From Guillardia theta CCMP2712 (taxonomy: Eukaryota; Protista; Cryptophyta), in assembly GCF_000315625.1 (NCBI RefSeq), contig NW_005434626.1, positions 494,712 through 558,711 on the forward strand: a stretch of 64,000 bases of DNA, read 5' to 3'. This document shows positions 35,532 to 48,346 of the stretch, piece after piece (positions within the stretch are counted from its first letter, which is position 1; each line of letters starts with the position of its first letter). The position numbers were made by a program, and so were the translations under genes. Under the pieces are notes generated by a model that was given only the letters and a program-made list of their open reading frames with translations, had not been told where the DNA came from and made no database searches.

Positions 35532-37375
35532 ATCATGGTAAGAAGCTCGATAACTCTCACTAGCACCCTTGTTTCTTCTATGCTGATCCTAAGTCTCGTT
35601 TCATATTTGAGTCGCTTGCGGGAGACGGTCTTGATAGATGCTCTTGTCTCTTCTTCTTCGTGCGCTTTCTTCTGTTCTAAGTTTTGTTGGCTGCGAGAGC
35701 CATATAGAAATTGTTTTAGTACAACACATGTCATGATCTGATTACTTCGGAAGTCTATAGTAGTTAAACACTTATATACACGTTGATCACTTGCCTGATA
35801 CATCCACAGAGAGTCCAATTCAACTCAGGAGGTGACCTTCTTGCGTAGATTGCACGTAGGTATCAAACATCGCATTTCGGTCTTTCTTCTTGCCAAGGAC
35901 GCAGAGATCTCGATCTGAGTCTAGGTCTTGATTCTGAGCTTTCTTCTTCGGAAGTCGGGGTCCCTTCAGATTTATGCACCCTCTCCGTTTTCCAAATTCA
36001 TGCTTCGAAACAAGTCCCGGATCTGGGTAACAAGTTATTCAAAGTGAAAAGTATGACTGAATGCTCATAACACCTGGGAAAGATATTCTGTTGATGATCT
36101 GCTTCCTCGTTAGAATAGTATTGTAAGGATACTTCACTTGAACTCTCTCGCTTTCTGGCAACCTGGGGGTGTTGATCTTGTTCCAGATTCTCCCACTCAG
36201 GTACTCACTCCGGTCAATCATGGAAGGGCTTATCTTGCTGGGCTTGTTGTCCGAAGCAACCCACTCACTTCGGATGGGATCGTACGTCCACCCTCGAGAC
36301 TGTTTCCAGGGCAACGGACCAGGATTGGAAATCCGGAGAGCAGCCTGGGCTGAACTGATCCAATGTCTATCAATCCATCGATTCGGATCAGAAATGACAG
36401 CAGCTGGTGCAGTTGAAGGAAGCTGATGAGGCTCAGGAGCGTGAAACTTGCTGACCTTGCTCGTCTTAGAATGTGCAGTCATCCTGGTTGTGACTGCACG
36501 CTTTACGAGTACCTCCTCCCCACCACGCACAACGTAGGGGTGAGAAAACAAGGACAAGTGTTTCGTCCTCTCGTTCATCTCCGACTGCTTTCTCAGCTTC
36601 TGATCGAACTCTTCACGGCTGTCTGCGTCAAACGCAAGGTAGTCCTCCAAGGAGAAGGGAAGGAGGTCCCTTTCTTCAACTCCCACATTCGTGTCGGATT
36701 TTTGCCTGCTTTCAAGAGGCTGTTCAGAATCCTCAATTGTTCTCGAGGCATCCTTGAGTCTGTTCACTTGCTGCTGCGCGCGCCTGGAAGCTTGCTGCCG
36801 TTGACCACTCCTCCCTTCCTCCTCCATACTTCGTCCTCGACCTCCAGCATCGAGGTAGTCATATCCTTGGTAGAACAGTCTCTCAGCAAGGGAAAAGCTC
36901 TCTTGGGAGTGAAAGGCAGCAGGGGCAGTCCTGGAAGTCCGCAGAACGTCATCGTCCTCAATGGACTTGGTTGGACTTCCTTCAGATCTGCTGATGCGGA
37001 GCAGACCCCTGAGAACCTGATGACGTAAGAAGATGTAAGGGGAGGACAATCACAAACTTAAGGAGTGGAGAGGACTCGCAAACACTCGTCGGCAGGATAG
37101 GGCGAAAATGGGAGAGCAGGAGAGGAGACAATTCAAAGGATCGGAGAGCAGAAGAGGAAGAAACTCATTGAAAAAATGGAAACGCGAGGTCAGATAGTAG
37201 CGGTGGGAACGAGGTACGAGAGGAAGAGGAGCAGGAGGAGGACGAGAGGATGGCAACACAGGCAGCAGAGAGGGATGACCTGTCTTGTTATGCCTTCATC
37301 CTCCTCCTTCTCATCTTCCTCATTCCGCAAGCTGGCCGATCGTCGTTCTTTCACGTTCGCCTTTCTCGCACCCAT
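35504..37375 (-). CDS. Hypothetical protein (multi-exon)
   Basis: Short ATG exon at 37375, 336-aa open exon 36039-37049 and further 3' ORF; no family recognised. Confidence 0.5.
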
Positions 37376-38139
37376 ACTAAGATACTGAATCTTCCTGGTC
37401 CCATCTACCCCCTACCCTCACGTAACTTTTTGGGACCCTACCCGGATCAATCCTCCATTTTACCAGAGTACCCCTGCATAATAGTGTTCCTGCATTGTAA
37501 ATTAACCCCTACTTATCGAGCCCTACATACTGTACACCCCATGTAACACACCCTACCCCTCTTTCTCCCTGACTTTGGCCGTTACACGACAGTTATAAAC
37601 TCAGCGGTTTGTCTTTGACTTCCTTTGTCAAATCGATTTTGACTCGCCTGCTTGCGTTGAATGGTGAGGGGGGTGGTATAAGGGGGGTAGGGTTATCAAC
37701 ATACCGGTACTTTAATATGGAAATAGAGGGGTACATCACATATTAGCAATACATTCGGGTAAATGGGGTGGTACTGGCGGGTCATCAGAGTTTTCAAGAG
37801 CGGCATGGCAGGAGAGAGGGAGGAAGGAAGAGGAGAGGAAAGGGAGGAAGAGAGAGGGAGAGAGGAGGAAGAGAAATAAAAGGAGGAAATTAGGAGCGAG
37901 ATGTTGCAGTAGGGACTAGGAGAAAGGAACAATATTTTGGATGTCGATCAATTGATGTTTTGATGTTGGAACGTTCAAATGTCCATGAGGACTATAGCTG
38001 GATAGTTGTTGAAGAATAGTTTGGGGGCCCCGATAGTGTCATAACGAAGTATGTCAACTCCTCAAATTGAAGCTACTGAGCCAGCAGGTCGTCGTTGCCC
38101 GTCGCCCCGATAGAGCAGGGAAAAGAACAAGGTTTTGAG

Positions 38140-41100
38140 ATGCGGAAGGAAAGCAGGAAGCGGAAGAACAACCGAGTGAAGGAGCAATGCATCCTCGAAG
38201 CATCATCAAACAACGTGACGACAGAAGAAGTGTGGAGGTCACTGCACAAGTCTGAGCTGGAGCTGCTGAAGTATGATTCCTTGAAGTACCTCTGGTAACG
38301 TTTGCAGTTCGAAACGCCTTATGCTCACTTGACTCGCAGCTCGAAGCTCGGCAGGAGTCTCTCCTCAAAGAAGTCTGAGATGATTCAGAGGCTGATCGTG
38401 ACGAATCAGAAAGGAGGAGACGAGATGCCGGTGTGCGTCGGTGATCTGCGTCCTGTTGACGCGTCGCACTTGCTAAAGATGGGGAAATATGTTAGTGGTG
38501 ATGGAGCGGAGAGCAGTGAAGACAAGGAAGAGGACGAGTGGGAGGATGCGGAAAGAAATGAAACCATCCTCAAGAAGTTGAACGCTCGGGAGCCAGTCAC
38601 TGAGCGAAGAAGCCCAAGGTACTCGAACAAGCCGTCCGACCTGTCGTCCTACCTTCCACCAAAGAAGAGAAAATGTGTCTCGCACAAACATGATGAAGGA
38701 CAGGGAGGAAAGGTCGATCCTGAAGATTCCCTACCGGATGAAGAAGAGGATAAGAGTGTAGAAGACACAAGAAAGTCAGAGGCAGAGGCAGCAACCAAGT
38801 TGACCCCTAGTGTCATGGGAAGCGCAGGAGGCGGTGGGAAGCATTCGACATGCTGGGCAGTTCAGGCGCTCTCATCAGATCAGCATCAGGTCAACGAGAG
38901 CATTGAGAGCAAGAAACGAACTTCAGAGAGAGGAGACGAGGAGGGTGGAAGGTCAGGCACTTGTTTCCTTTCTTTTGAAGATGCTGATCCTTCCACAGTC
39001 ATCGAGCAGGGAGAGGGGAGGAGGAGCCGACGATTTCGTTCAGATCGAGAAACGTAACTGACATTCTCACAAGCATGAAGCAGGATGGTAATCAGAGGAT
39101 TCGCCTCTGCGATTGACAACCCTTTGACCCCTGTTTGCTTCAGGGGGATCAGACTCGATCCTGGCTAACAACACGCTACTTCTTCCTCCCAAACTTGACC
39201 TGATGCTCTTACCGGGCATGGGAGGGATTGTTTCATCTCCTGTTGCTCATCTTTCATCGGAGAGTGACAAGTAAGTCCGATGCTGCATGCACTCCGTGAC
39301 TTTTTTTTTTGACGATGGGCAGGTTGAAAGACAAGTCAGTGTGCCGAGGTTGGACGGAAGAAGAAGACAACTTGATTCGGTCGCTGGTCGAGAAATATGG
39401 TGAAGTGATTCATATGATGTGCAAGAATGACGTTGAGAAGGTACATCATGGAAGGAAGTTGCGGAGTATATTCCAAGAAGGACCGGGAAACAGATCAGGT
39501 GAGATGAGATATGATCAATATGTGTTGGTGTTTCTGATCCGGCCATGCGATGTGTTGGTTATCATAAAGATGATGACGATGACGATGATGATGATGATGA
39601 TGAGGAGGAGGAGGATTGAAGAAATCAATGATTCTGCAAACTACAGGGAAAGATGGCACAACATGCTGGATCCGAACATTAAGAAGTCATCATGGACAAG
39701 AGAGGAAGAAGTAATTCTCTTCCATGCCCATGGTAATAGTGCTATAAATCCTCGACGTTGGTGTTGACGCCTCTTTGTTTCTCTCTCACAATCAGCCGTC
39801 TACGGCAATCGGTGAGTCAAGCTCTGACTCCCTCGTCGAATCGCTGACCCTTCTTCTTGCTCTTCTTGTGCTTGCTGATCTTTGATATCCATGTCCTCCC
39901 TCCTACCTCCTGCTACCTCTCCTCCTCCCACCTGCTTGCCCTTCCTCCTCCTCCTCCTACCTCCTGCCTCCTGACATCAGATGGGCTGAGATCGCCAAGG
40001 TAATGCAAATGATCTCCCCCCCTTCCCTGACCTGCTCCTGCAGCTGCTGCCAGGCAGGACGGACAATGCTGTCAAGAACCACTTCAACAGGTCTCTCCTT
40101 CCTCATCGCTCTCCTCCCTTGATGGTCCAGCCAGCGGGATGAAGAAGAAGGTCAGGAGGCTGAGCTCTTCCTCGTCCCTGTGCGATGGCAAGGAGGACCT
40201 TGCCAAGGATGCGGCCTTGTCCAGGCCTCTCAGCATCCACGACACAGCAGCCATGAGGAAGAGGGTAGCATCAACACCCTCCCCTCTTCACCCCCCCCTG
40301 CTCCTTCCTCCTTCCTCCTGCCGCCCCATGCCCGCCGCTTCATCATCCTATTCCTGCCGTCACCTCCTCACTGCTGCCTTCACTTCCTAACTTCTTTTTA
40401 TCCATCCTCGCTCACTCCCCCACTCCTGTCTTGTGCTCCCTCCCCCTCCCCCTCCCCACCCCTTCTGCCGCTCCTCTTGACATCACCCGCAGGTAGAGGA
40501 ACAGGTGGAGCAGGAGCTGGGCATTCCAATGGCTGAGGTTCAGGTGAGGAAGATGCTGTTCCCTCCCCACCTGACATTCACCTGTTAGGATACTCTGCAA
40601 GATCAGCTTCGGTTCGAGAAGGTTGTCTGACTCGATTCTCCCCCTCAAACTTTTCATTCACATGCCTAACAGGAAGCTAATATGCCCCTCGTGAGACCCA
40701 GCAGCCGCGGGTTCGTTCCTCCTCCTCCTCCTCCTCCTCCTCCTCCTCCTTCCTCCTCTCGATCCTTCTCCTGCACCTGCCCTTCCCCCCTGCTCCTTCG
40801 CCTTTGCTTTCTCAACGTTTCTCGGCAGATCGTTCGCTGTTTCCCCATGTCCGCTCGTCCATCAGGTATCCAAGTTGCCTCCACACTAGCCTTTTCGCTC
40901 TCGTTTCCTCGCCGTGTCTTCGCATGTTCTTCTCTGCTTTTCGTTTGCTTCCTTAACACTTCTGCATTACAGACCACAGAAGCCTCAGGACAGGGTGAAG
41001 TCTTGACTCCTCCTCCTCCTCCTCCTCCTCCCCTTCCATCGGTCTCTCCCCTCCCTCTCCGGTCCTCCTCCCTCCTTCCCCCTCTAACGTGCTCCCCCTT

Positions 41101-41355
41101 ATTCCTCCCCCTCACATGATGCCCTTTAGCTTCCAGCGTTGCCCCCCGCCTATCAAGCTCTCCTCCAGCCGTTCCACCCTCTTCCAGCCACCAAGACAAG
41201 GTCAAATCTCCTCCGGCTTCCTCCTCGGCATTCGTGAGTGAAAAATCTTGTCAAAATCGTCAAACTGACGCTAACGGCAGCGAGTTTCACTGCCTCCTGT
41301 CCTCCCTTCCATCCAGCTAGCGGCCATCCCGTCCACCCACTCTGTCCTACACTGA
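38140..41355 (+). CDS. Two-repeat (R2R3-type) Myb transcription factor with N-terminal SAP-like motif
   Basis: Spliced [91 protein letters not shown]; upstream LELLKYDSLKYLCSKLGRSLSSKKSEMIQRL; both ends approximate. Confidence 0.8.
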
Positions 41356-41403
41356 GTTTCTATCCCAGCCTGTGCTCAAGAACGGGCAGCAGGGAAGTAT
41401 AGT

Positions 41404-42795
41404 CTACCCAGCCCGCAGCTCGTTCATTCGGAAGCCTTTCATGCGCAGGATGCGCTTGAGGTTCGGCCCGTCGACGTGCGGCGTCTGCTCGAGCATGCGC
41501 ATGTTCCCGATCTTCCTGTGATGACAGAGATACTCTCTAAGGCAGAAGTGCTGAGGCCTGTTGATCGTCATAAACCCGCCGCTGCTCTCTGCCCCCGTTC
41601 CGAGCCCCCTGCATCCTCTCACATGCTCTCCTTCGTTGCTCCCCGCCATGTTGAACGACTTCTTCTCTGCAGCGCGGCACACCTTCTCCCATCCCTCTCC
41701 CAGAATTTCTCTCCCGTATCCCAGCAGGCAAGCCCACGTCCTGGTCTCGTTCCTAACCCACTCCAGCAGCTTCGGGCTGAAGAGCTGCGGCAAGATGAGC
41801 TCCTTCCCCAGCTGCTCCTCCTCCCTCCCTGGCAAGCTCGAGAGACAGGCAGCGTGCGAGCCTTTCAGGCCGCACGCGTTGGCCCCAGCAAAGGCGACGA
41901 TCTCATCCACCACCTGCTCCCTGCGCGAGCCCAGCAAGTCCTCGAGCCGCACAACGAGCACAGGAATCTCGGAGCTCCTGTGCTTCAGCCAGTAGTCGTG
42001 GAAGCCCTTCCACACCTGGAGCTCGTGCTTCACGAAGCTCTCCCACACGTTGCGCCAGCGCTTGTAGACGAACTTGGGCAGAGTTTGGTTCTGCGCTCCG
42101 GTTGCCATGGTGTTGAACCACGTGACAAGAACATGCAGCGGGTTCCTCACCAGCACGACAGCCCTACGAGCCGAGAACGAGGGAGCCGGGCGGTCGGGCC
42201 AGTGAGTCTGTACGAACCAAACGGCATCGTGATGGGTTCCTTCACCAGCAAGCTTCTTCCTGTCGTACTCCTTGACATCACTCCCCGTCCACACCCCTGT
42301 CGACTTCTCGATCAGAGTCCGGGCGATGAAACTGCCGGACGAAGGGAAGCTGGCGAGAGCAACATGCCCTCCGAGATGCTGGAGCTCATTCTTCTCCAGG
42401 AATCTCTTCCTTGTTGCCGAGTTTCGAATCAGCTTGCAATGGATCGCAGAGCTGTTCTTGGATTCTATCACATGTGGCTTCAACTTGGCGATGTGCATCC
42501 TGTGTACCTCATGCTTGATCGCGGTGGACACCGCTCTTGTGGATGATCTCGTGGAGCGGGAGAAGCCATGCCAGCCTTTCTCTCTCTTGAGCACAAGAAT
42601 CGTCTTGTCGTGCCCTCCATGAGCGCGGGAAACATTCGCATGAGTTGCAAGGAGCATGGTCTTGGAATTGACGCGTTCATGAGCAATGCTTGACGACAGG
42701 AGGATCAAGATCGCAAGAGGAGCGCATAGGCAGAGGATGCAGTGGTATGTAGGAAGATATCTCAGCATGAGGATGATGATCCTTCTACACGGCAT
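41404..42795 (-). CDS. Type II membrane sulfotransferase-family protein
   Basis: Intronless; N-terminal TM; VALASFPSSGS (5'-PSB-like), TGVWTGSD, VQTHWP, VLVRNP (3'-PB-like), VVRLEDL. Confidence 0.75.
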   Translation of the reverse strand: MPCRRIIILMLRYLPTYHCILCLCAPLAILILLSSSIAHERVNSKTMLLATHANVSRAHGGHDKTILVLKREKGWHGFSRSTRSSTRAVSTAIKHEVHRMHIAKLKPHVIESKNSSAIHCKLIRNSATRKRFLEKNELQHLGGHVALASFPSSGSFIARTLIEKSTGVWTGSDVKEYDRKKLAGEGTHHDAVWFVQTHWPDRPAPSFSARRAVVLVRNPLHVLVTWFNTMATGAQNQTLPKFVYKRWRNVWESFVKHELQVWKGFHDYWLKHRSSEIPVLVVRLEDLLGSRREQVVDEIVAFAGANACGLKGSHAACLSSLPGREEEQLGKELILPQLFSPKLLEWVRNETRTWACLLGYGREILGEGWEKVCRAAEKKSFNMAGSNEGEHVRGCRGLGTGAESSGGFMTINRPQHFCLREYLCHHRKIGNMRMLEQTPHVDGPNLKRILRMKGFRMNELRAG

Positions 42796-44120
42796 GGTTG
42801 CAACGACACAACGCTTTCATCTGACATGTCCGCACATTGTTAGCCTCCTAGCAGCTCCATGAAGACAAACGCTTTTCTGATGCTTCACAAGAAGATATCT
42901 CCGTACTTCTCAACCTGGTGGGAAAACATATGAGACTGCTATACACAAAGTTCAGAATTCATCTTTCATTCCGTCCCTTCACTAGGTGCTCCCCCACTCT
43001 CCCCCACTTTCTTCCTCCTTCCTCATCCACCCTCCCTCTAGCTCTCGCTCCCTGCCTCAACTCTTCCTGCCATCTTGTCCTCACAATTGCCCCCCCNNNN
43101 NNNNNNNNNNNNNNNNNNNNNNNNNNNNNNNNNNNNNNNNNNNNNNNNNNNNNNNNNNNNNNNNNNNNNNNNNNNNNNNNNNNNNNNNNNNNNNNNTCCC
43201 CCCCCCCCCTTCCCCTCCTCCTCCTCCTCCTCCTCCTCCTCCTCCTCCTCAACATCTCGTCACTCCCGACTTTACCGTCAATCTAGTGAGCATACCCACC
43301 CCCATCCCACCTGTAGGTCTTACTACCCCTGTCCAGTAGCTGATGTACCCCACTATTTTACCTGAATTACCCCACCCTCCGAAAAGTATCTACTACCCCA
43401 CCATGTCCACGCACAGAAATCCAATTATGAGAAGGGGTGGGAATTGGCATACCCCTGTGGCTACTTGGACTACCCACCCGTGAGCATATGACCCCTGATC
43501 TTCCAGATGTACCCCAAATTATTGGTCTCAAACCCCGGTACTACATCTGTAAAACTTTATACTTGTATACCCCCTACCTATACCTATGGAGCTTTTCCCA
43601 TAACCCTACCCACTCTGGTAGTCTCTGGCCAGAAGGGTACCCCTACCCATTTAGTACTAGACAATTGAAGGGGTACTCATCAACATGCCTACCCAAATTT
43701 GAAGCTCACAAGTAGGGGTGCTTCGGCGTACCCCACCCGTTCTTTCATGCGAAAAACTATGGGTGATGAACATACCCTACCTACCACATGACCGGACAAT
43801 GAGGGGTGGTAAAGTACACCCCTCCCTCCTCGGTGGGTCGAAGTCGTCGGGCAGGCTGATCATGCCGCGGGAAGGTGTTATGGGGATGGACGACGGGCTG
43901 GTAAGAGAGGAGGAGGAGGAGGAGGAGGAGGAGGAGGGAGGAGGAGGAGGAGGAAGAGAAGGGAAGAGGAAGAGGAAGAGGAAGAGAAAGAAGACCGCCA
44001 AGAGGAAGTTGCGTCCGAACGAGAGGAGGAGGAAGAGGATTGGGATGGGATGGAAAAGATCTGTGAGAGCAGACACGGGAAACTGTTGACATTCTCAGAT
44101 AGATATGAGAGAAATAGGAA

Positions 44121-47100
44121 ATGGTGTTCGAAATGGAGTCCATACAAGGAGGGTGGAAGAAGGTAGTTTGTAGTCGATAGGAGGGGGTACATGCTGCGGA
44201 GAGTTTGCCCATCGTCGACTGTTCATACGTTAGCATGAGCAAGACAAGACTTCCATGGCGAGAAAGTGGTGTAGATAAGGTCGGGACGATACTGACAAGC
44301 AACGTTTCAACGTTGTAGGGGGACTATGAGAAGTTTCCTGACGACAGCAACTACCACTCGGACTCTGCTATTCCTCCCCGCGATTTTCATGTGAATCCTC
44401 CACAAAGAGTGCCAATTCCTGTGCGCGCGCCCGTGCCAGAAGTTGTCACGAGGAGGTCAGCGAAGGAGACTTCTCGGAGGAATGGTCCTGTTAAGAAAGA
44501 CCTTCACTCTGCGTTGCTCCGTCTTGACAACGCAAGGGTGAGGAAGGCGCGTAAAAAGCACATCGCCAGGGCCCAGCGAGATGAAGACGAAGTGCGTCTG
44601 TTCCGCGGGACAGTCTCCTGCATCTGCACATGCATGGAGCTGCAGACTGAGAAGTTACTCCCTGCTCTGAGGGAGGAGTTTGAGAAACGATCAAGGACTC
44701 GGTCGGACAGCGACCTTGACTTCAAGCAAGCAGCAGGAGGTGTGCCGGAGCAAGCAGCGGCTAGCGGCAAGAAGGACAGTGAACAAACCCCTTTGCGGAA
44801 TTACCTCAAGGGAGAGTGGAAGTTTAAGATGTACACTGACGTCCTGCATGCTCATGCGACGTTCGAGGCGGACGAGTTTGTGAATGCTGCCAAGGCAGAG
44901 ATGAAGGGAGCAGCTTCCAAAACAAGAGATATCGAGATGCAGACGTTGAGGAAGCTGAGGAAAACCTCGCAAGGGAACTCGCCGCCGGGTCACACTGTTG
45001 ACATGGAGGAGAAAATCCTCTCGTGAGCTTCCTGTAAGACCGATCCGCTTCTCTGAACGATGTCGCAGACACCAGCACGATAAGGACCTGAGCTCCGAGA
45101 ACGACCCGCAGCTCTGGGCCCCTGTAGGCAGCGAAGGCCTTGAGGTGAGGAGGAGAATCATGGCGAGTGTCGTGCTGAATTTGAGCAGCCGCCCCCGCTC
45201 GAGGGGAGGAGGATAAAGCGAGTTGTGTCGAACCAGCTGGGTGAGGCGATGAGCGACGGAGAAACTTCAGACGTGATGCAAGCAGACGACGAAGATGGGT
45301 GTGTTGCTATCTCGCTTGCTCGACTGCTGCTGTCTTTGTCTTTCTTCACTTCAACCCGCAAGTTTGTTGTCTTTCTCAACCATGGATACCGTTGAGGTGA
45401 TTTCTCATGAAATCGGTTCTCAGGTACCTCCAAGATGCAGACAGCTGGATATACCGGTGAAAGGATCTCATGATGATGACCTTTGTTGTGATCTCTAATC
45501 CACAGAGAGGGATTTGAAGCAGAGATACAACAGGCAGCAGCTACGGTTTCTGACCTTGCCACGAAACATGTATTCTGCTACGAGTATGGGTAGAGATTCT
45601 GTTGCTCGCGCTCACAGTATGGCTAAGGAGGATCGCAGATGTCTTGTTTTCTGGGGATTGGAGCCGGAAGAAGAGCAATTCTTCATCAATTTCGTCAAGG
45701 ATTTTGAGGACGATCCGATCCCTGACGAGGGTCAAGAGGTTGAGAGCACATTCAGTGCTGTTTGCTATCTTGACTTTCCTCATCTTATTTCAGAGAGATG
45801 ATATGACTTTCTTCTATGGAACGCGCACTCGTTTGTACAATGACCAGGTCTGTTCACAAGTCTGCTGACGTCGTTGCTCTTGCTCTTGCTCTTGCTCTTG
45901 CTCTTGATCTTGCTCTTGCTCTTCTTCGTGTTCCACTCACTGAGATGTTCATTTCATTGTCTTCCACTACCATCACCATCATTGCCCCTCCCCCCCCCCT
46001 CTTCCTCCCTGTCATTTCCGTCATTCAACTCTGCTGAGATCCTCTTCTCAGGTCCAACTCGCCACCAACAGTCCGCTCGAGAAGCTCTCAATATCGTTCG
46101 CACTCGCGCAGTCCACAAAACTGTCGGTGAGGGCCGACATGAATGCGCGACGGCGAAGACTGGGAAGGAAAGGATCGAAGACTTGCCGGCTGATCTTAGA
46201 CTTTCAGGTTTTGGAGTTGCGGGTGGAAGAGACTTTTGAGAACACGAGAGCTTATCCGCAGGTGATTGATGTTGTTTATGTATGATATGGAGATAATGTT
46301 TGTGTGATGGTGGCGGCGATATTGACCTTGATGGATCGATGGTGATGCTAATTTTTACGATGACTATGATGACTATGATGATGATGGTGGTGGTGGTGGT
46401 GGTGGTGATGGCTGTAATAGCTGAGATGATCATTGATCACGGGGATAATAATTTCATTGTCACAGGAGCTTGCCGAGACTGGACAAATCTCATTGTCACA
46501 GGTAACAAATCTACATCATTGACTCCTTTTGTTTGCTTGTTTCCTGATGTTTCTTCTCCCATCCAAGACTGAAGTCTCGAAACTTATTGGACAACTTTTC
46601 ATCGTCAGAGCGTCGGTCTGATACTCTACCCTCTCCCTCTTTTCTTCCCCATGGTCTTCCTCCTCCTTTTACTCCTCCCAGCCCTCCCCCATCCTTCACC
46701 TTCCTATTCTTCTTCCTCCTTTCTCTCTCTCCCCCTCCCCTTCCTCCATGCTCAATCCTTCCTCCTACTCTGCCGTACTTCTGGTCTGCTGGTCAACTCA
46801 ATGTCGCATCAGGTCAATCTCGAATCCGACATGCTCTCCACTCCAGACTTCTTCTGGGAGAACGACGAGTGGGAACCAATCTTCCGCCATGCCGGCAAGG
46901 TAACCAGAGTACACTTCTCCTCCTCCTACTCCTCCTTCACCACAACCCCCTTCTCCGTTCCCCTTGCCCCTTTCCCCTTCCCCTTCCCTCTTCTGCACTC
47001 CTCCCTCGCTTCCCTCCCGGCCCTTCCTCGTCTCCTTTCCCATTCGCTCTCCTTTCTTCTCACCACCTCGTCCTTCCTTGCCTGCAGTCTGCTGCTCCTG

Positions 47101-47743
47101 CGCCTTCCCTGAGATCTCTTGCTCCAGTACCTCGAAATCGACGGGCGAGTTGGCGTCCTCAACAAGCGCATGGAGGTCTTAGATGGAATGTTCCAGATGC
47201 TCAAAGACCAGCTCGAGGTTCGTCGCTCCCTCCCCTCCTCACCCCTCCTCTCCCCCCATCCTGTCCTCCTCTCTCCCCTCCCCTCCCCTCTTCTCGTGTT
47301 CCCCCTTCCTCCTCCCCTCCCCACCGCTCCCCTCCCCACCGCTCCCCTCCCCTCCTCTCCTCTATTCCTCCTCTCCTCTCCCCTCCTACCATCAGCTTTC
47401 TCTCTTTCCCATTGCTCTGCTCACTCTCCGCAGGTCCGCCATGCTACTCGTCTTGAGTGGATCGTCATCTGGCTCATCGTGGCTGAAGTTGGTCTCGAGC
47501 TTGTCTGGAACATCCTCATCCACGTGAGTCTCTCCTCCCCTCCCCTCCCCTACCATTCCTCTCCTCTCCTCTCCTCTCCTCTGCTCTCCTCTGCTCTCCT
47601 CTGCTCTCCTCCCCTCCCCTCCCCTCCTCGTCTTCCTCCTCATCTTCCTCATTCTCCTTCTCCCCCTCCCCTCCTTCGCTTCAAGCTCATCTAATAGCTG
47701 CTGTCTGTAGGATATTTTGGGCTTCTTCAATCGCTGCGACTAG
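44121..47743 (+). CDS. RMD1/RMND1 family (DUF155) protein
   Basis: CLVFWGL, KLSISFALAQSTKLSVLE, VNLESDMLSTPDFFWE, YLEIDGRVGVLNKR, HATRLEWIVIWLIVAEV; start uncertain. Confidence 0.88.
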
Positions 47744-47984
47744 CACAGTTCCCCCCTATCCCCTCCAGTCCCCCCTCCCGTCCCGCTTTCCACCACCACC
47801 ACCACCTCCTCCTCCTCAGGGCCTCCTCCTCCTCCTTCCCCCTCGACACATGATGAGGGTTCGATGATGTCTATTCTTCTCCTCTTATCTACTCTACTTC
47901 AACTACCAACAACGACTGACCGTGACATCATGCTTTAGTGTGGAATCTCATCCAATCAGAATAAAATCAAAGTGAGTCACTTGT

Positions 47985-48260
47985 GTGGGCCTGTCCAGTG
48001 GGCCGGCAGGCCCGGCCGCGCCAGACGATCCTGATCGGACGGCCCGGGCCAACCAGTCCGCTCCCGGGCCGGCTGCTCACCGGGCTGTGGCACTCAGTAC
48101 CGTACCGTACCTTACGGTCCGATCTGACTGGGTCCGTGGTGGGCCCGGCGGTGCCGGGCCCTGAGCCCGGCCCGGGCCTCGGCGGGCCGTAGCCTAGTAC
48201 TGAGATCGGACGGTCAGACCGACTCAAGTCACTGAGTCAGACGGTCCGATCATTTTCCTC
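47985..48260. promoter_or_regulatory. CCGG/palindrome-rich island upstream of RING gene
   Basis: GGCCCGGGCC, GTACCGTACCGTACC, GACTCAAGTCACTGAGTC. Confidence 0.45.
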
Positions 48261-48346
48261 CCAGGGTCCGCCTCAGAAGGAATGAGCCCGCCTCTGAATG
48301 TGCGGTTGGTCTGTCGGAACTGTTGAAGTACAAGAGGGCCCAGCCA

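Noticed and set aside
41476-42546. 356-aa antisense ORF over the sulfotransferase, and similar shadows over other genes
   Set aside because: Typical antisense shadow of high-GC3 coding sequence; no motifs
195-42795. PAPS transporter plus sulfotransferase as a sulfation cluster
   Set aside because: 40 kb apart with many unrelated genes between
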